Below are positions 13,121-26,007 of a DNA stretch of 64,000 bases, piece by piece. The notes below the pieces were generated by a model. The model saw only the letters and a list, made by a program, of their open reading frames with translations, was not told where the DNA came from and did no database searches. The position numbers were made by a program, and so were the translations under genes. How positions within the stretch are numbered: position 1 is the first letter of the stretch; each line of letters opens with the position of its first letter. Source of the DNA: Octopus vulgaris (Eukaryota); assembly GCA_951406725.2 (NCBI GenBank), contig OX597815.1, forward strand, positions 137,950,001-138,014,000. Direction: 5' to 3'.

Positions 13121-15487
13121 CTAGGCTACAGTATATGTATCTACATCTGTGCCTTTCACCCATTTTGCACCTGCTCATCTCCTTGTTTCCCACTTGCCAC
13201 TCTTACTATAAGCATCTTGATTTTACATCCTTCCTACACTCATACTGTTGACTATTATTTCTACAGCAATCCATCGCTTCCTTACTCTCTCTCTCCCTCA
13301 CACACACAAAATAGCTGAAGTTACTGCATACAGTCATATAACTCCACTAACCTCAAACACAGTCCAATGTACATCAAAAGAGGACCAGCAACAGTCATGT
13401 TCTAACCAAGTCCATCATACTTGCCTCTACTGTGGTAACCACCAGAATCTATAAGCATACAGAAATACACTAGACAGCAGAGAGACTCTATGTCCTGACT
13501 GCCATACTGCTCAGTTGAGTTAAAAATTACAAAAATGTCTCTTTATTAATTAATGTCTATAATTATAAAAAAAAGAAAAAAATTGAATGTTCATTATTTT
13601 CAAATACACCAGGAAATAAATCTCCTAGCCTAAAAATACCATCAACAAATTAGCAAAAGATTTGAAGTAGATTTTTTTTTTAACTGGTAACATAAGTGCA
13701 ACTGAGCCAATTAAGAACCATGGAACTAGTTACTGATACCAGTGTAAGAAAATGTTATCTTTAAAATAAGGTCATTGTATCTGCTATGACACTGATAATT
13801 AGTAGGCAGACTAAATTCTCTCCTATTATACTTTTTACTATTCTTATCCTCTAACAGAGTAATGGTCACATTCTTTTAATCATTTTAATTAGCCCATTGT
13901 ATATAGAGATTTATAATTCAGATGCATCTATTCTTCACACATGTATACACACTGTGATAAATTTGTCATTTCTACTTTCATTTGTTAGATTGAACAATGG
14001 TCAAGATCTAACATAGCTATGAGATTTTTGTATTGCAAATAGTTACTATGGTGGGCGCATACTGTTATGATTAAATAGTTGATACACATGTTTCCAGTGG
14101 TTTGAACCAACTTGCAGAATACACTTTAGGTGATGAACAAAAGTCTTTCATTGAAAATTAAATTTTGATATAAATGAAACATAATGATGATTCCCACTTC
14201 CTTAAATTGTCTATTTTCAAACAGTGACTAACATTCAAAATTTTCATTTCAAGAATGTGATTATTTGTTATTTATCAACACATTCTAAAGTATTTCTGAT
14301 TTATAAAATCTTTTGTAGCCTATGATATATTAGAATAAATGGTTCAAAAGTATCTCTTCTTTTATGCAAAGAAAATGAGAGGGAACTATAAAGAAAAAGA
14401 TTCTACAATAAGTAGCAGGCTGCAACTAGTAGAGATACTCTTCTGAAAGAAATGAAGGGTGAGAGACTAAAAAAAAGACAACTGGCTAAAACAGTACAAA
14501 GCTAAAATAATGTAAAGTGTTCTGCTCCAAGTCACAACATGTCTTCTTTCTCGATGACCAATAAACAGATAATTCAAAATTGGTGCTAGGCACTATTGCT
14601 CTGTCTGCTTCTTCTGTTTACTATTTCTTTGTTCTTCACAAGAATTCCAACTTTCCATTTTACCTTCACTTGAGGTATTCATTCTTTCTCTTTTCTTCCA
14701 CCAATTCTTAGTTTCTTACCTCTTCATATATCCTGCCTCACACACTTCTCACCCTCTCTTTCTTTTAGCATTTGCCTATCACTCCCCATTATTTACTTGC
14801 CCACATTCCAAGCAACAACACTTTCTTCCTCATTCTCAGACAAAAGCTAAGGACTGATATGTTAAATTCAACTCCTCACAGCAACTGAACTTATCAAATT
14901 CAACCTAAATGTTACTAACAAAACAGACCATCACCAGTTTCTTTGAATTTCCAATGCTACCTTACTGTAAAACTTAACCTGTTCTATATAAGGATAAGGC
15001 TAATATGCAGACATTATCAATGTGATGGTGGACCTTTGCATGTGAAAGCCATTGAACATTGTAATTGGGATTTTTGGTCTAAAAAAAAAAAAGCTAAAAA
15101 TAATGTTTATGTGTTTATGCTTATGTGTTCAGTATAGCAGTGGGGCATAAAACATCAACATGAAAAAACAGAGCTGCTTTTGGCCAATTTTGGATTTAAC
15201 AAATCAGTTATCAATAAAAACTTGAATAAAGGATATACAGACATTCCTAAAAAGTCACCCAACACAATATTGACTAAACATCTCGTGTAACCAGCTGGTG
15301 ATCCCCACCCATACACAAGTCCATCAATTTATATATAGCCATTTACAGTTTTAATAATTGTTTCTACATACACACAAAACCAGAAATTTGAGGGAGACAA
15401 TTGATAAAAATAAATACCATTAACTGACTGGTACTTCATTTTGTTGATTTTGAAAGGGTGAAAAGCAGTTTGAATTCAGAATATTAA

Positions 15488-15768
15488 CCTTTTAGCATTC
15501 AGAGTACTCTGTCAAAGGCAATATTTATTTGATTGATTGATTGATTCTAGTTTCAGCTCATGAGCTGTGGCCATGCTGGGGCACCGCCATTTATTCATAT
15601 TGTTTTGAAATAATCATGCATTATCTCAGAGCTTTGAGATTTTGATGATGTGATTGTCTAGTTTCAGAATGCCAGTGTAGAATAGGTGTGAGAGATCAGA
15701 TCTGACCAGTTTGAACATAAAACAGATGTATATTTGGGCTGGTTATGACCTGTTTAAACGTTAAAGGG
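15488..15768. mobile_element. piggyBac-type MITE, second copy in the opposite orientation
   Basis: TTAA CCTTTTAGCATT ... AACGTTAAAGGG TTAA. The interior is reverse-complementary to the 5478-6171 copy. Confidence 0.75.
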
Positions 15769-16023
15769 TTAAAATGTTGAAGCACCAGGAGAAATACCAC
15801 AAGGTATTTCTTCTGGTACTTCAAGTGTGTCTCTCTAACACCCTTTTGATCCAAGAAGCTGTAAAAATAAAGTTTAGAAGATGGAAGTGAGACCTAAACA
15901 ATCTACCATATGAGAAAACAGAGTTGAACACTTTCAACTTTTGCATTGTTTATGATCAACTGGTGGTGGTGGTGAGGTGTCTCACAAGGAGGTACTACAC
16001 TCACCCATAACCCTAAATCTGAC

Positions 16024-16258
16024 AATAATAATTCTGTCTACTATAGGCACATAACCTGAAATTTTGAGGGAAGGGGCTAGTCAATTACATCAACACCAGT
16101 GTTTGATGGGTGCATATTTTATCGACCCTAAAAGGGTGAAAGGCAAATTCAACCCCAGCAGCATTTGAACTCAGAATGTAAAGCTGGAAGAAATGTTACT
16201 AAACACTTTTTCTAGTATGCTAATGAGTCTGCCAGCATGCTGCCTAATAATAATAAAC

Positions 16259-16291
<33 letters not shown>

Positions 16292-17540
16292 TCCTTTCTA
16301 CTGGATGCACAAGGCCTCAAATTTGGGGGAAGGGATTAAGTCAATTACATTGACCCCAGTATGCAATTAGTACTTAATTTATTGACCCTGAAAGGATGAA
16401 AGGTGAAGTTGATCTCTGCAGAATTTGAACTCAGAATGTAGCAGCAGATGAAATACTGCTAAGCATCTTGCCTGACGTGCTAACGATTCTACCAGCTCAC
16501 CACATTATATAATAATTATAATCTTTTCTACTCTAAGCAGAAGGCCCGACATTTTTTTTTTGGGGGGGGAGGTAAGTCGATTAAATCGACCTCATTATGC
16601 AACTGGTACTTAATTTATTGACCCTGAAAAGATGAAAGGCAAAGTAGACCTCGGCAGAATTTGAACTCAGAACATAAAGACAGATGAAATACTGGTAAGT
16701 ATTTTGCCCCATGTGCTAACATTTCTGCCAGTTCATCATCTTTAATAATAATAATCCATTCTACTGTAGGTACAAGGCCTGAAATTTTTGAGGGACAGAG
16801 TTAGCTAATTACATCAACCCCAGTGCTCGACTGGTACTTGCTTTATAGACCTCCAAAAGGTTGAAAGGTAAAGTCAACCTTAGTGGAATTTGAACTCAGA
16901 ATGTCAGGAGCCAGAAGAAATACCATTCACCATTTTGTCCAGTGTGCTAATGAGCCTGCCAACTCACCTGATGATAATTCTTTCATCAACCCTCAGCACT
17001 TGGTACTTATTTTATCAAATCTGAAAGGATGAAAGCAAAGTTGACCTTGGTAGCATTTGAACTCAGGACATAAAGACAGATGGAATGTTGCTAAGCATTT
17101 TGTCTAGCATAAAGTTTGCCAGCTTGCCAATAATAATAATAATAATAATAATGGCTTGAAATTTTGGCACAAAGCCAGTAATTTTGGGGGAGGGGTTAAG
17201 TCGATTAGATTGACCCCAGTGTTCAACAGGTACTTATTTTATCAACCCCAAAAGAATAAAAGGCAAAACCAATCTTGGTGGAATTTGAATTCAGAATGTG
17301 AAGACAGACAAAATGCCATGAAACGTTTTGCTTAGTGCTAATGATTCTGACAACTCACCACCTTCATAATAATAATAATAATAAGCTTAGCACCACAAAT
17401 TTGCAGAGAAGGATCAACTAAATTGAGACCAATACATAATTGGTATTTATTTTAATTAATGTTAGCTGATGAAAGGTGGCCCTAGTACCATTCCTAACCT
17501 CAGCAGGATTTGAACTCAGAACACAAATACTAATCACATA
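16024..17540 (-). mobile_element. Head-to-tail cluster of 6-7 tRNA-derived SINEs
   Basis: Recurrent TTTGAACTCAGAA (B-box on the minus strand), GACCCC..AAAGGATGAAAGG core and GACCCCAGT, separated by (AAT)n/(GAT)n tails. Confidence 0.9.
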
Positions 17541-19708
17541 GCATTTAATCCCATATCTATACCACTCCAGTGTTTTAACTTCCACAACACTACAAACTTA
17601 TGGAGACATGGAAATATAAAATGCTGCAATATATAGATTGAACAGGATTTGTATTGAGAACAGAGAATGATGAAATTACATATCTAAACCAGCACTTCAC
17701 TGTTTCCTCCAATAAAGGAGGGTGTGTGTGTGCGTACTGTGAGAAAGAGCTTGACCAGTAATATGTTGACGAGAGGTTGGAAGTTAAAATTTCTTTTGCC
17801 ATTTAACAAATACCAGCACTCCAAACAGACAGAAAATCAGTTAAGAATTTCGGTGCAAGGATAAATTTAAAATCTTGTATCTTTGAGCATGTGTAAAATT
17901 TGATAAGCTCCAAAGGGTGAAAATTCAAATTAGAAAACATCTCAAATATGTATTCAGTGAGATGTTATGAGTTTAAGAAATTTAATCTATTACAGAGCAT
18001 TTTTATAGGTTTTCTACAGGAAAATCTCTGTTTACGTTAACATCATCGTATGAACCAACTCAAATTAAAAGGGTAACTGAAGTTTCACCAACCAAGTGGA
18101 ATATTTTAGCAGCAGAAAATGAAAAAATTAACCATTATTATTGTAAAGTTCACTAACAGTTAACCCTCAATATTTACAGGAACCTTTGTTACAAAATATA
18201 TTTCAATAGCCAATAAAGATTACATTACATTTAACATTAGTGCAAATTTTTGTGCAATTAATATTTGAATCTTCTTGTTTGAAAGGTGCATCTAAATTAA
18301 TAAATATATGGAAATTGGTAAAATCTAGTGTAAATTATGCGATCCACAATTGAAAGAGATATAACAAATGTTCTTTTTGACATTACAAAGATTGCATTGA
18401 CTCACGATTACAGTCTGAATTTGTGGAAAGGAAATAAACTAAACTTTCAAAACCAATGCATTTCTACCCAAATAACGTCTGCCAGATATTCCTGAAAACT
18501 ACCAATTCCCTAACAACACAAGTAAAAATCTTTAAAATCTGACAACTTTAGTATCACAAACAGAAAACTAGGAATGAGGAAGACTGACTCCTATTTTTCT
18601 TGAGTATCTATTGTTATATATCATAAAGGTATCCGATACTGTTGAAGTCGACAACAAGTGGAATATATAAAAATGATATCTAAGGCTGTAAAAGACATAG
18701 AAATATCATTTCTGTTATTTCGAAATGTAAAAAATTCAAGTTACCGGTGTACTTAAAAGTTGCGTTATAAAATGTGTAAAAGTATGTCAAAACTGGAATA
18801 ATTAAACTGTTGAAGAATCTATCCAGGGGTTTTACTTTAACATAGTTACGACGAATGGCTGGTAAGGAAGATGTTTTTTGGTTCCTGTAGGGATGGTAGA
18901 ATGACAATAACAGACATCATGACAAGAACATGGTACACAGAAATACTGTTCTTCATAAGATTATACAAATCAATAAGTTCTATAACAAAATAATGCGGAT
19001 ATAATGTAATATTATATAAGGGAAAATAGTGAAACTATGTTGTATAATTGGACAAATTCCACGTGGATGATGGAACTGGATGGAAATCTCCATGGATCTG
19101 AAAGTTAAGAATGCATTGCCCTTATATTCTGCGTGTTCCATGTCAAAATTTATTATGTTGTTGTATTTCCTGTGGAGCCAACAGGTCTGGGTTTTTCCAT
19201 CATAATACATTCGCCATTTGGTTAATTAAATTTAACAATTCTTTCTAGAAACTATTACAATACGAAATAAGAGACCGATACATGGTATAATGGTGGAATG
19301 TAGATGATAAGTGGAATAAATATTATGAGGCTTAAATATAACATTAAGTTGTTAATAAGAGCAGAGTGGGATAATTTAGGACATCTGCCTGGTTTTGAAT
19401 ATCTTACTAGAGAATAAGATAATTCGAAATATACCTAAATACGGAGGAAGGAACACCTACAGAGAGAAAAATCATGAAATACACTCAACAAGATATCGTC
19501 TTTCCACAGCCTTTTCGCCTACTGAATAAGTGTCTGAAATATTTTACTTGTAGCAACTAGGAAACAGAAACCGAATACATTTGGTTGCTATAGGAAATAT
19601 ATCGTCATATTAGTGTATCAGAAATAATTTACGTGCACCTATAAAACAATAAGAAATTTTAAATTAATTTCCAATTATAATTTATCGTAAGACTTTACAA
19701 CCTACTGT

Positions 19709-19743
<35 letters not shown>

Positions 19744-20257
19744 TACACAAGTTCTACATGAAATTATTTTGTCTTAAATATCATTATTCTATTTTCTCGA
19801 AGACACTATAATATCCAATTCCTGTGTATTTACTCAAACACCCAGTCTCCAGCAACACAACCGTGATAATAAGAATATAATTTCTTTCTATTTTATTGTA
19901 ATTTACGACTGCAAAAATGCTTCGTCAATATTTCGCGTAGATACAGGAAGGTGATCAATGTTTATTTTTAAGACGGGGCACCTTGTTTATTGATGAGCGT
20001 GGTAATGTTGTTTTATGACACACGCAACCTGTTTATGATTTGTGAATTTAACAAATGACGATACTATATTATATTACATTGTATTATATTTACGTGTGTT
20101 CTGTTTAGAAGCAATATAAAGACATGAACAATACAATGGTTGTTTGTAATATAGAGGTAGGTTTAATGGATTTCTAAATCGAGGACAAACAAATAGATAC
20201 ATAACAGTCATTTAGCCATGAACATAATAAAAAAAAAATCACCGATTATTGTCCTAC

Positions 20258-20344
20258 CTGGAGATAATCTCCTCGTTTGAAACTCAGTTCATCCGGGGAC
20301 GACGCGTGGAAATCATGCTTTCCTATTGCTTCGATAACATCCAT
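20258..20344 (-). CDS. First coding exon of a GRB2/Drk-like adaptor (start of an N-terminal SH3 domain)
   Basis: [29 protein letters not shown] then CAG|GTAGGA (phase 0). Aligns to GRB2 [26 protein letters not shown] and, as I recall, the intron falls at the equivalent position. Orthology is not certain, so no symbol is given. Confidence 0.85.
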
Positions 20345-21200
20345 ATTGCTGTCCGAAGTAGAAAACGGCTGAAATCCGATTGTTGGAACAAGAAAATATG
20401 AAAAGCCAAAAAAAAAAAAGACCCTGGTAGCAAGAGGAAGACTAACTTAATTAACAATGGAATTAAACTCTCATCAATAGACAAGTTATTTTAAGGCAGA
20501 CGGAACGAGGTGATGGCGACGAGAGGTTGTCTTCACACTTGGTTTATCGTGCCCACTCCTTTCCGTTAAAGGATGGTAAGAGATTTTTAATATAATAAAT
20601 GGTGAGGAGGCAGGAAGGAGTGTGTTATCGCCGAATGTAAGGGAGACAAAAACGAGAAGTACAAGCAGAGGATTTCAGTGGTAAACCTTCAGAGGCGCGA
20701 CACCAATATTTTTACGAAAATGTATAAAGAAAATAAATGAATTTCTCTTATTTTGATTGTGCAACGTTACAGATTGCTAGAAAAAGAAACAAGAAGAGTT
20801 AAAGACTTGATATTAATACGACTGACATCAGTAGAAGGAAGTGACCTAGTCATTCTCATAGTTTCACTCACACTCCTTCCTCAACCTACAGTTGTCTTTC
20901 ACTTTATTTATTATTTCGTGTAAATAGTGTTAAGTATCGGCAGAAAACGGAAAGGGGAATGTGGACTGACTTTACAGTGCCACTAGAGCTACTTGCTATT
21001 AGTCTGTTTAATGTGACTGCAAATCAGCGGTAATACTGTTGAAAAGACGAGAAAGAAATTAGTCAGTTGTTAGAGCTGCTTCAAACTTAAAGCTGCAACG
21101 TGTAGAGGGGAGAGGTTTCGTGACCTTAACTGACTACTGCTTGCATGTAAAATTATTGTTTGTCAGTGTCATGATACCGAAAGAAAACCCGGAAGTTTAG
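20345..21200 (-). promoter_or_regulatory. Putative promoter/5' UTR region of the GRB2-like gene
   Basis: Repeat-free, CpG-retaining region with ETS motif CCGGAAGT (21189-21196), a minus-strand donor GAGT|GTGAGT (20872/20871) and pyrimidine-rich acceptors (exon starts 20368 or 20348). Confidence 0.45.
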
Positions 21201-23209
21201 AGTAATATGACACTTAGAAAAACTTTACAGTGATGTGTGAGTGCTGTAAAATCTTAGTCAAACAACTGTGTTGCTAGCTTTTGTTAAGGTCTCTGAACAT
21301 CAATGTTTCTTAATGGGGAAAAATTACTCGGGAGAAAGGCTAAAAGTAATACTGAAGTTTGTTACTCAACATTGATGTTGAGAATCGAACAAATTCTTTC
21401 TGAATAATTTCATAACTTCTGAAGTTTTCTTTACTCTAATAAATATATTTTTTTAATCTGGTAACAGCACAAAAAAAAAAAAAGGCAGAATTTTAGCTAG
21501 GAAAATATGTCGTAATTTTGGCTAGGAAAATGTCACAATTCATTTAAATGCCATAAATGATAGAGGAACGAAACAAATTATACATTCTAAGTCATTTGTT
21601 TTACTGCCAACACATCCACAGTACACCATAACAATTTACTCGTTTGGGAAAACAACAAAAACCTAACAAATCAAGCAAATGTTTGACTTTTGGGGGGATC
21701 TTTCATTTACTCCTAAAAGTTTATGGAATTATTGAAGTACATTACAAAATTTTTTTTAGCTGGATTTACTTTACCAACTGAAATAATTTTTAAAATATAA
21801 TTTTGATTTTGTGTCAGTTAAAAACTTATTTGAAATAATCTAACTTCTTTTGTAAGTGGCTTTTTTTTTTTGGTCTAGGTGGCGGATTGGCAGAGTTAGT
21901 AGAACATCAGATACAATGTTTTGTGGTTTTTGTTCAGGCTCTTTACATTCTGAATTCAACTTAGTCCTTCATCCCTCACAATGAACACTGGAGTTGATGT
22001 TATAAACTTAGCTGCTGCCAGGGAGGCTGGACCTGTACCCATGATTATCAGAGATCTCCTAGGATTGATGCTGTTAATATTCTTCTTGAACTGTTACATA
22101 TCAACTACAGAAAAGAAATTCTAGAGGGTTGACATTCTGAGAAGGAAAAAGTGGGCTTTGTGATTAGTTCAGGGTCTGGATGGAGGAATAAAAATATAGG
22201 TATTGAAAGATGGATTGACTAGTGAGTTGGGATTGCCTGAACAGAGCAAAGATAGAGGGCAGCGTGTATGTGGCAGGAAGCAGTTTGAGATGTTTGTCTG
22301 TATATAGCACACACACACCCCCGCCAAATACATGTGATAGAGGGGATACTCCATAATGTGTCCAATTTTTTTCTTTTTTTATTTTGTAGATGGTTAGTAG
22401 TTGAATATGGATGAAGTGTTTTATCTCTCCAAAAAGGAAGGGCAGTATTTCTTTTGCCTTTTTTACCTTGTTGAAGATGTGTGTTCACTGGGAGAAATCT
22501 TCAATGACTGTATTTGAAAAGATCATGAAGGTTCTAGTTGTATGTTATTTACATTTGTGAGATACAATATCTTTTTTTAATTTTTTTTTACATATGCAAT
22601 GATTCTTTTTACTGTTAAAGGAGATCAGAATGTCAAGGGCCCATTGGACTCAGTGACTCAACATTTTCATTGTTTCCAATGTTTTAACATAGGTGTAAAT
22701 GAATTGATCAATAATAGTTCCAATTATTAACTTTTGTAAAACCAATACCAAGAATTATCAAAACAAAAGTAAAACCCCAAAACTTGTTTGATTTTATCCA
22801 ATCCTTTTAGAAGATATGGGATCAGTTATGAACCTTAACTTTCTTAGATCTAAGATTTTTAACCAGTTAATGCAACTATCAAATATTCCTAAAAATAAAT
22901 TCCTATTATGTTTGGGCTCATTTAAATTGTAATTAAAACGAGGTCATGTGAAACAAATTAGAAATATAGATGAAGTCAATGACGTCAAGAAAATCAATAA
23001 AAATTATCCAAAACTAGCATGTTTGTTCACACACAGTTTTAAGCTTATTCACGTTGTTTTCAATTGTTTCTATTAGCTTTGAGATTTTGGAAGTGAGACT
23101 TAAAGGTCTATAGTTAGTAAAGTCAGAAAGTTTTTTTTTTAGTGGGGATGAGACATCCAGTAACATTTGGATCTCAAATCCAACAGAAACTCTTTAACAG
23201 AGTTCCTTG

Positions 23210-23590
23210 TTCTTTAATCTCATAGTCACTAAGGAAGCTTGGGGTAGATAATAACTTGTGAGAGCTGTACAAGACATATATGAAAGAGTGATCTGCAAGA
23301 CGACAGAAATGAATATAGCAATACATTTAATATAAAAGCAGGGGTCTACCAAGACTCACTTCTCAGCTACCTTCTGTTTATCATACTCCTCCTGACTATA
23401 ACAGAAAAGATTGAGATTGATTGACAACAGGACCTCTTACTAACAAGTGACCTAGTTGCAGTAGAATTACAGAAATTCCAGATGTGGAAGCAGGGTTTAA
23501 AATCAAGAGACCCCAAGGAGAACTTAGCAAAGACTAAAGTTTTAGTAAGTAGGAAAGAAGACAGAACCCCAGTACCATGCTGAAAGGGAG
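23210..23590 (+). mobile_element. Short degenerate RTE RT fragment
   Basis: Homologous to the LRKLGVD..VRAVQ..GVHQGS..KFQMWKQGLKS..NLAKTKV stretch of the other copies. Confidence 0.65.
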
Positions 23591-24756
23591 TAAGTAGATG
23601 AGATATACACTGTAGTATGTTTCCAAAAGATTAGAATAGAGTTCTGTTGAGGAATACAGAGAAATTAAAGAATTCAGAGAAGGTAAGGATTAGTTCTGCA
23701 ACCTACTGTTTGAGGATGATGGAATGAGCACATCTAAAAAAGTTGTTTTGTTGGGTGAAAGTATTCAAAGGGCACTGTCCATACAAGGAAGAGAGTTTGG
23801 AATTACTGTTGTGTGCCCTGTGGAATCCAAGATAAAGTGGTTAACCTGTTTAGAAGCTTTTGAAGTGGGAGTACTGCTAAAAGAACCATCTTGGGTGGTA
23901 GCTAAAAGGTAGGAAGATTGTACAAAGTTGGTGAAGAGCCTTTTGACTAAAAAGTTTAGTCTTCTCTATAAATAAACTTGCTTCTATTTGTAAATATACC
24001 CAATCACCATGTAGACCCAACCGATAACTGTAAACACCTGGAATAGTCTGATAACAATTTTGTTAGCCCTAGCTGTAGACCACAACAAAATGTTTAATAC
24101 AGCTAAGTTACAGTTGTAAGTTCAATATCTCCCAGGAGTGTAGTAAGAAGCTTCTGCTTGACTAATTTTCTAGAAGATACATTCTATGATGATAAGCGTG
24201 ATGTAGTTCATCATACTTTTTCCTTAACCATGATATGTTGTGCTCTTTATAGTGAATGTTTCTATTAGCCACCCTGTTACCAGTTATTTCCGAGAAACTG
24301 CTTTTGCTTCTTATGTTTCCCTCAATTCCCATTCATCACTGCCTTAGAAGAGTAAGTGCAGCACCGTAGACATTATTTTTACCTTGGCCACCCTCTGAGA
24401 CTACTGGGAGGACATTATCATCAAACCATAGGCTTGTAGTGAGGCACAAGAAGGCAGTACCATTTTGAATGAGATCTCGCTGGTAGCCATTGCCATGTGT
24501 GAGACAAGGACGAGATCTCACCTGCAACTATTTGCCATGCGCAAGACGACAATGCGATTCTCACTGGCAACCAATATTTAAACAAGAAATGATGACATTC
24601 ACTCTCTCACTCCTTCTCATGCGTATGCTGAGAAATACTGCATAGTCAGCAGCTCACAGTGGACTCTTGTCCCGCTCTGACTCCACATGCTTATCTCCAG
24701 AGGTAATGACCCTCACGTGTACAGAGTTAAGACAAACCATGCGCTGATATATAGAT

Positions 24757-24987
24757 GGCGGCGAGCTGGCAGAAATGTTAGCACGCCGGCCAAAATGCTT
24801 AGCAGTATTTCGTCTGCCGCTACGTTCTGAGTTCAAATTCCACCGAGATCGACTTTGCCTTTCATCCTTTCGGGGTCGATAAATTAAGTACCAGTTACGC
24901 ACTGGGGTCGATATAATCGACTTAATTTGTTTGTCTGTCCTTGTTTGTGCTCTCTGTGTTTAGCCCCTTGTGGGTAGTAAAGAAATA
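24757..24987 (+). mobile_element. Young tRNA-derived SINE (Meta/MESC-like core)
   Basis: GGCGGCGAGCTGGCAGAA head, GAGTTCAAATTCC B-box and GCCTTTCATCCTTTCGGGGTCGATAAATTAAGTACCAG core. TSD GATATATAGAT(GG) at 24746 and 24988; CpGs retained. Confidence 0.9.
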
Positions 24988-25696
24988 GATATATAGATGG
25001 TCACTCAGAGTGAACCACATGAATGAGAACTCTGTAAATAAACAGCTATTGAATTGTACTCCACTTGTGAACTTCTTCATGTTCCAGATCTTTGAAACAA
25101 CAAAAATGGAATGGAAGGTTTATGATACCTGTGGAGTATCATAAAACTTCCATTCCATTATAGGCTTGATCTGGATACTTGCAAACGAATGGACTTCTCT
25201 AAAGGGACCCAAGGACCAAGCAGGTGTATAAAACAAGGTGCCTGACTGCCTCATCTATGACAAAAAAAAACTGTTTGATGGGCTTCTGTATAGTTTTTAT
25301 ATCTCTTGCCGAGTAACAGTATTATTGATTACACAACAGAACAGCAGTAATTTACAATTTTAAAATTAGGAACTGTTAATTGTATTTATGTCACTAGAAA
25401 ATAATTCATTAGTCACTCAGTATTAGTGGGATAGGCTATTCTACTACCAATGAGTATAATTGATGTCATGGTCTTTTATCTCAAATTGATGCTTGTAATA
25501 TTTATAGCATTTGCGTTTAATTCCTAGTAGTTAATTCATAACTATGATTATGTTTCTAGACAGTGAATTCTCACTGACAAAGGGCGCAATTTTATAGGAT
25601 GCCATTAGTTTATAGTTTAAAATTAATGATTAATGGGAAAGGTTAGTAAGGTTAATATGGATATTGAAGAAACCAGAAAGAGATGGTTAATCTTAT

Positions 25697-26007
25697 TTAT
25701 TTTTTATTTATGTGCCCTTTTTCAAGCCAAGCCAGGCTCATGGGCCCAGTTTCTGTGGCGTATGTGTTCCCCCCCAGCTGGACGGAATGCCAGTCCATTG
25801 CAGCGTTACTCAAGAAACAGGAAGAAAGAGTGAGAGAAAGTTGGGTTGAAAGAGTACAACAGGGGTTGCCACCACCCCCTGCCAGAGCTTCATGGAGCTT
25901 TAGGTGTTTTCACTCAATAAACACACACAACGCCCAGTCTGGGAATCGAAACCGCGATCCTCCAACTGTGAGTCCACTGCCCTAACCACTGGGCCATTGC
26001 GCCTCCA
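25697..26007 (-). mobile_element. tRNA-derived SINE (V-domain-like segment)
   Basis: TGGCCCAGTGGTTAG A-box, GGTTTCGATTCCC B-box, CTGCAATGGACTGGCATTCCGTCCAG motif and A-rich tail. 10-bp TSD TTAATCTTAT at 25687 and 26008. Confidence 0.85.

Noticed and set aside
18680-18907. ORF containing IRRNYVKVKPLD, resembling the SH3 end IPKNYIEMKP, as exon 2 of the GRB2-like gene
   Set aside because: It lacks the WY/WF and GxxP residues, the nearby acceptor gives the wrong phase, and no donor follows at the expected place.
23600-24700. Possible old Penelope/other retroelement 5' region
   Set aside because: Composition differs from the flanks, but I could not read a convincing protein motif; needs BLASTX.
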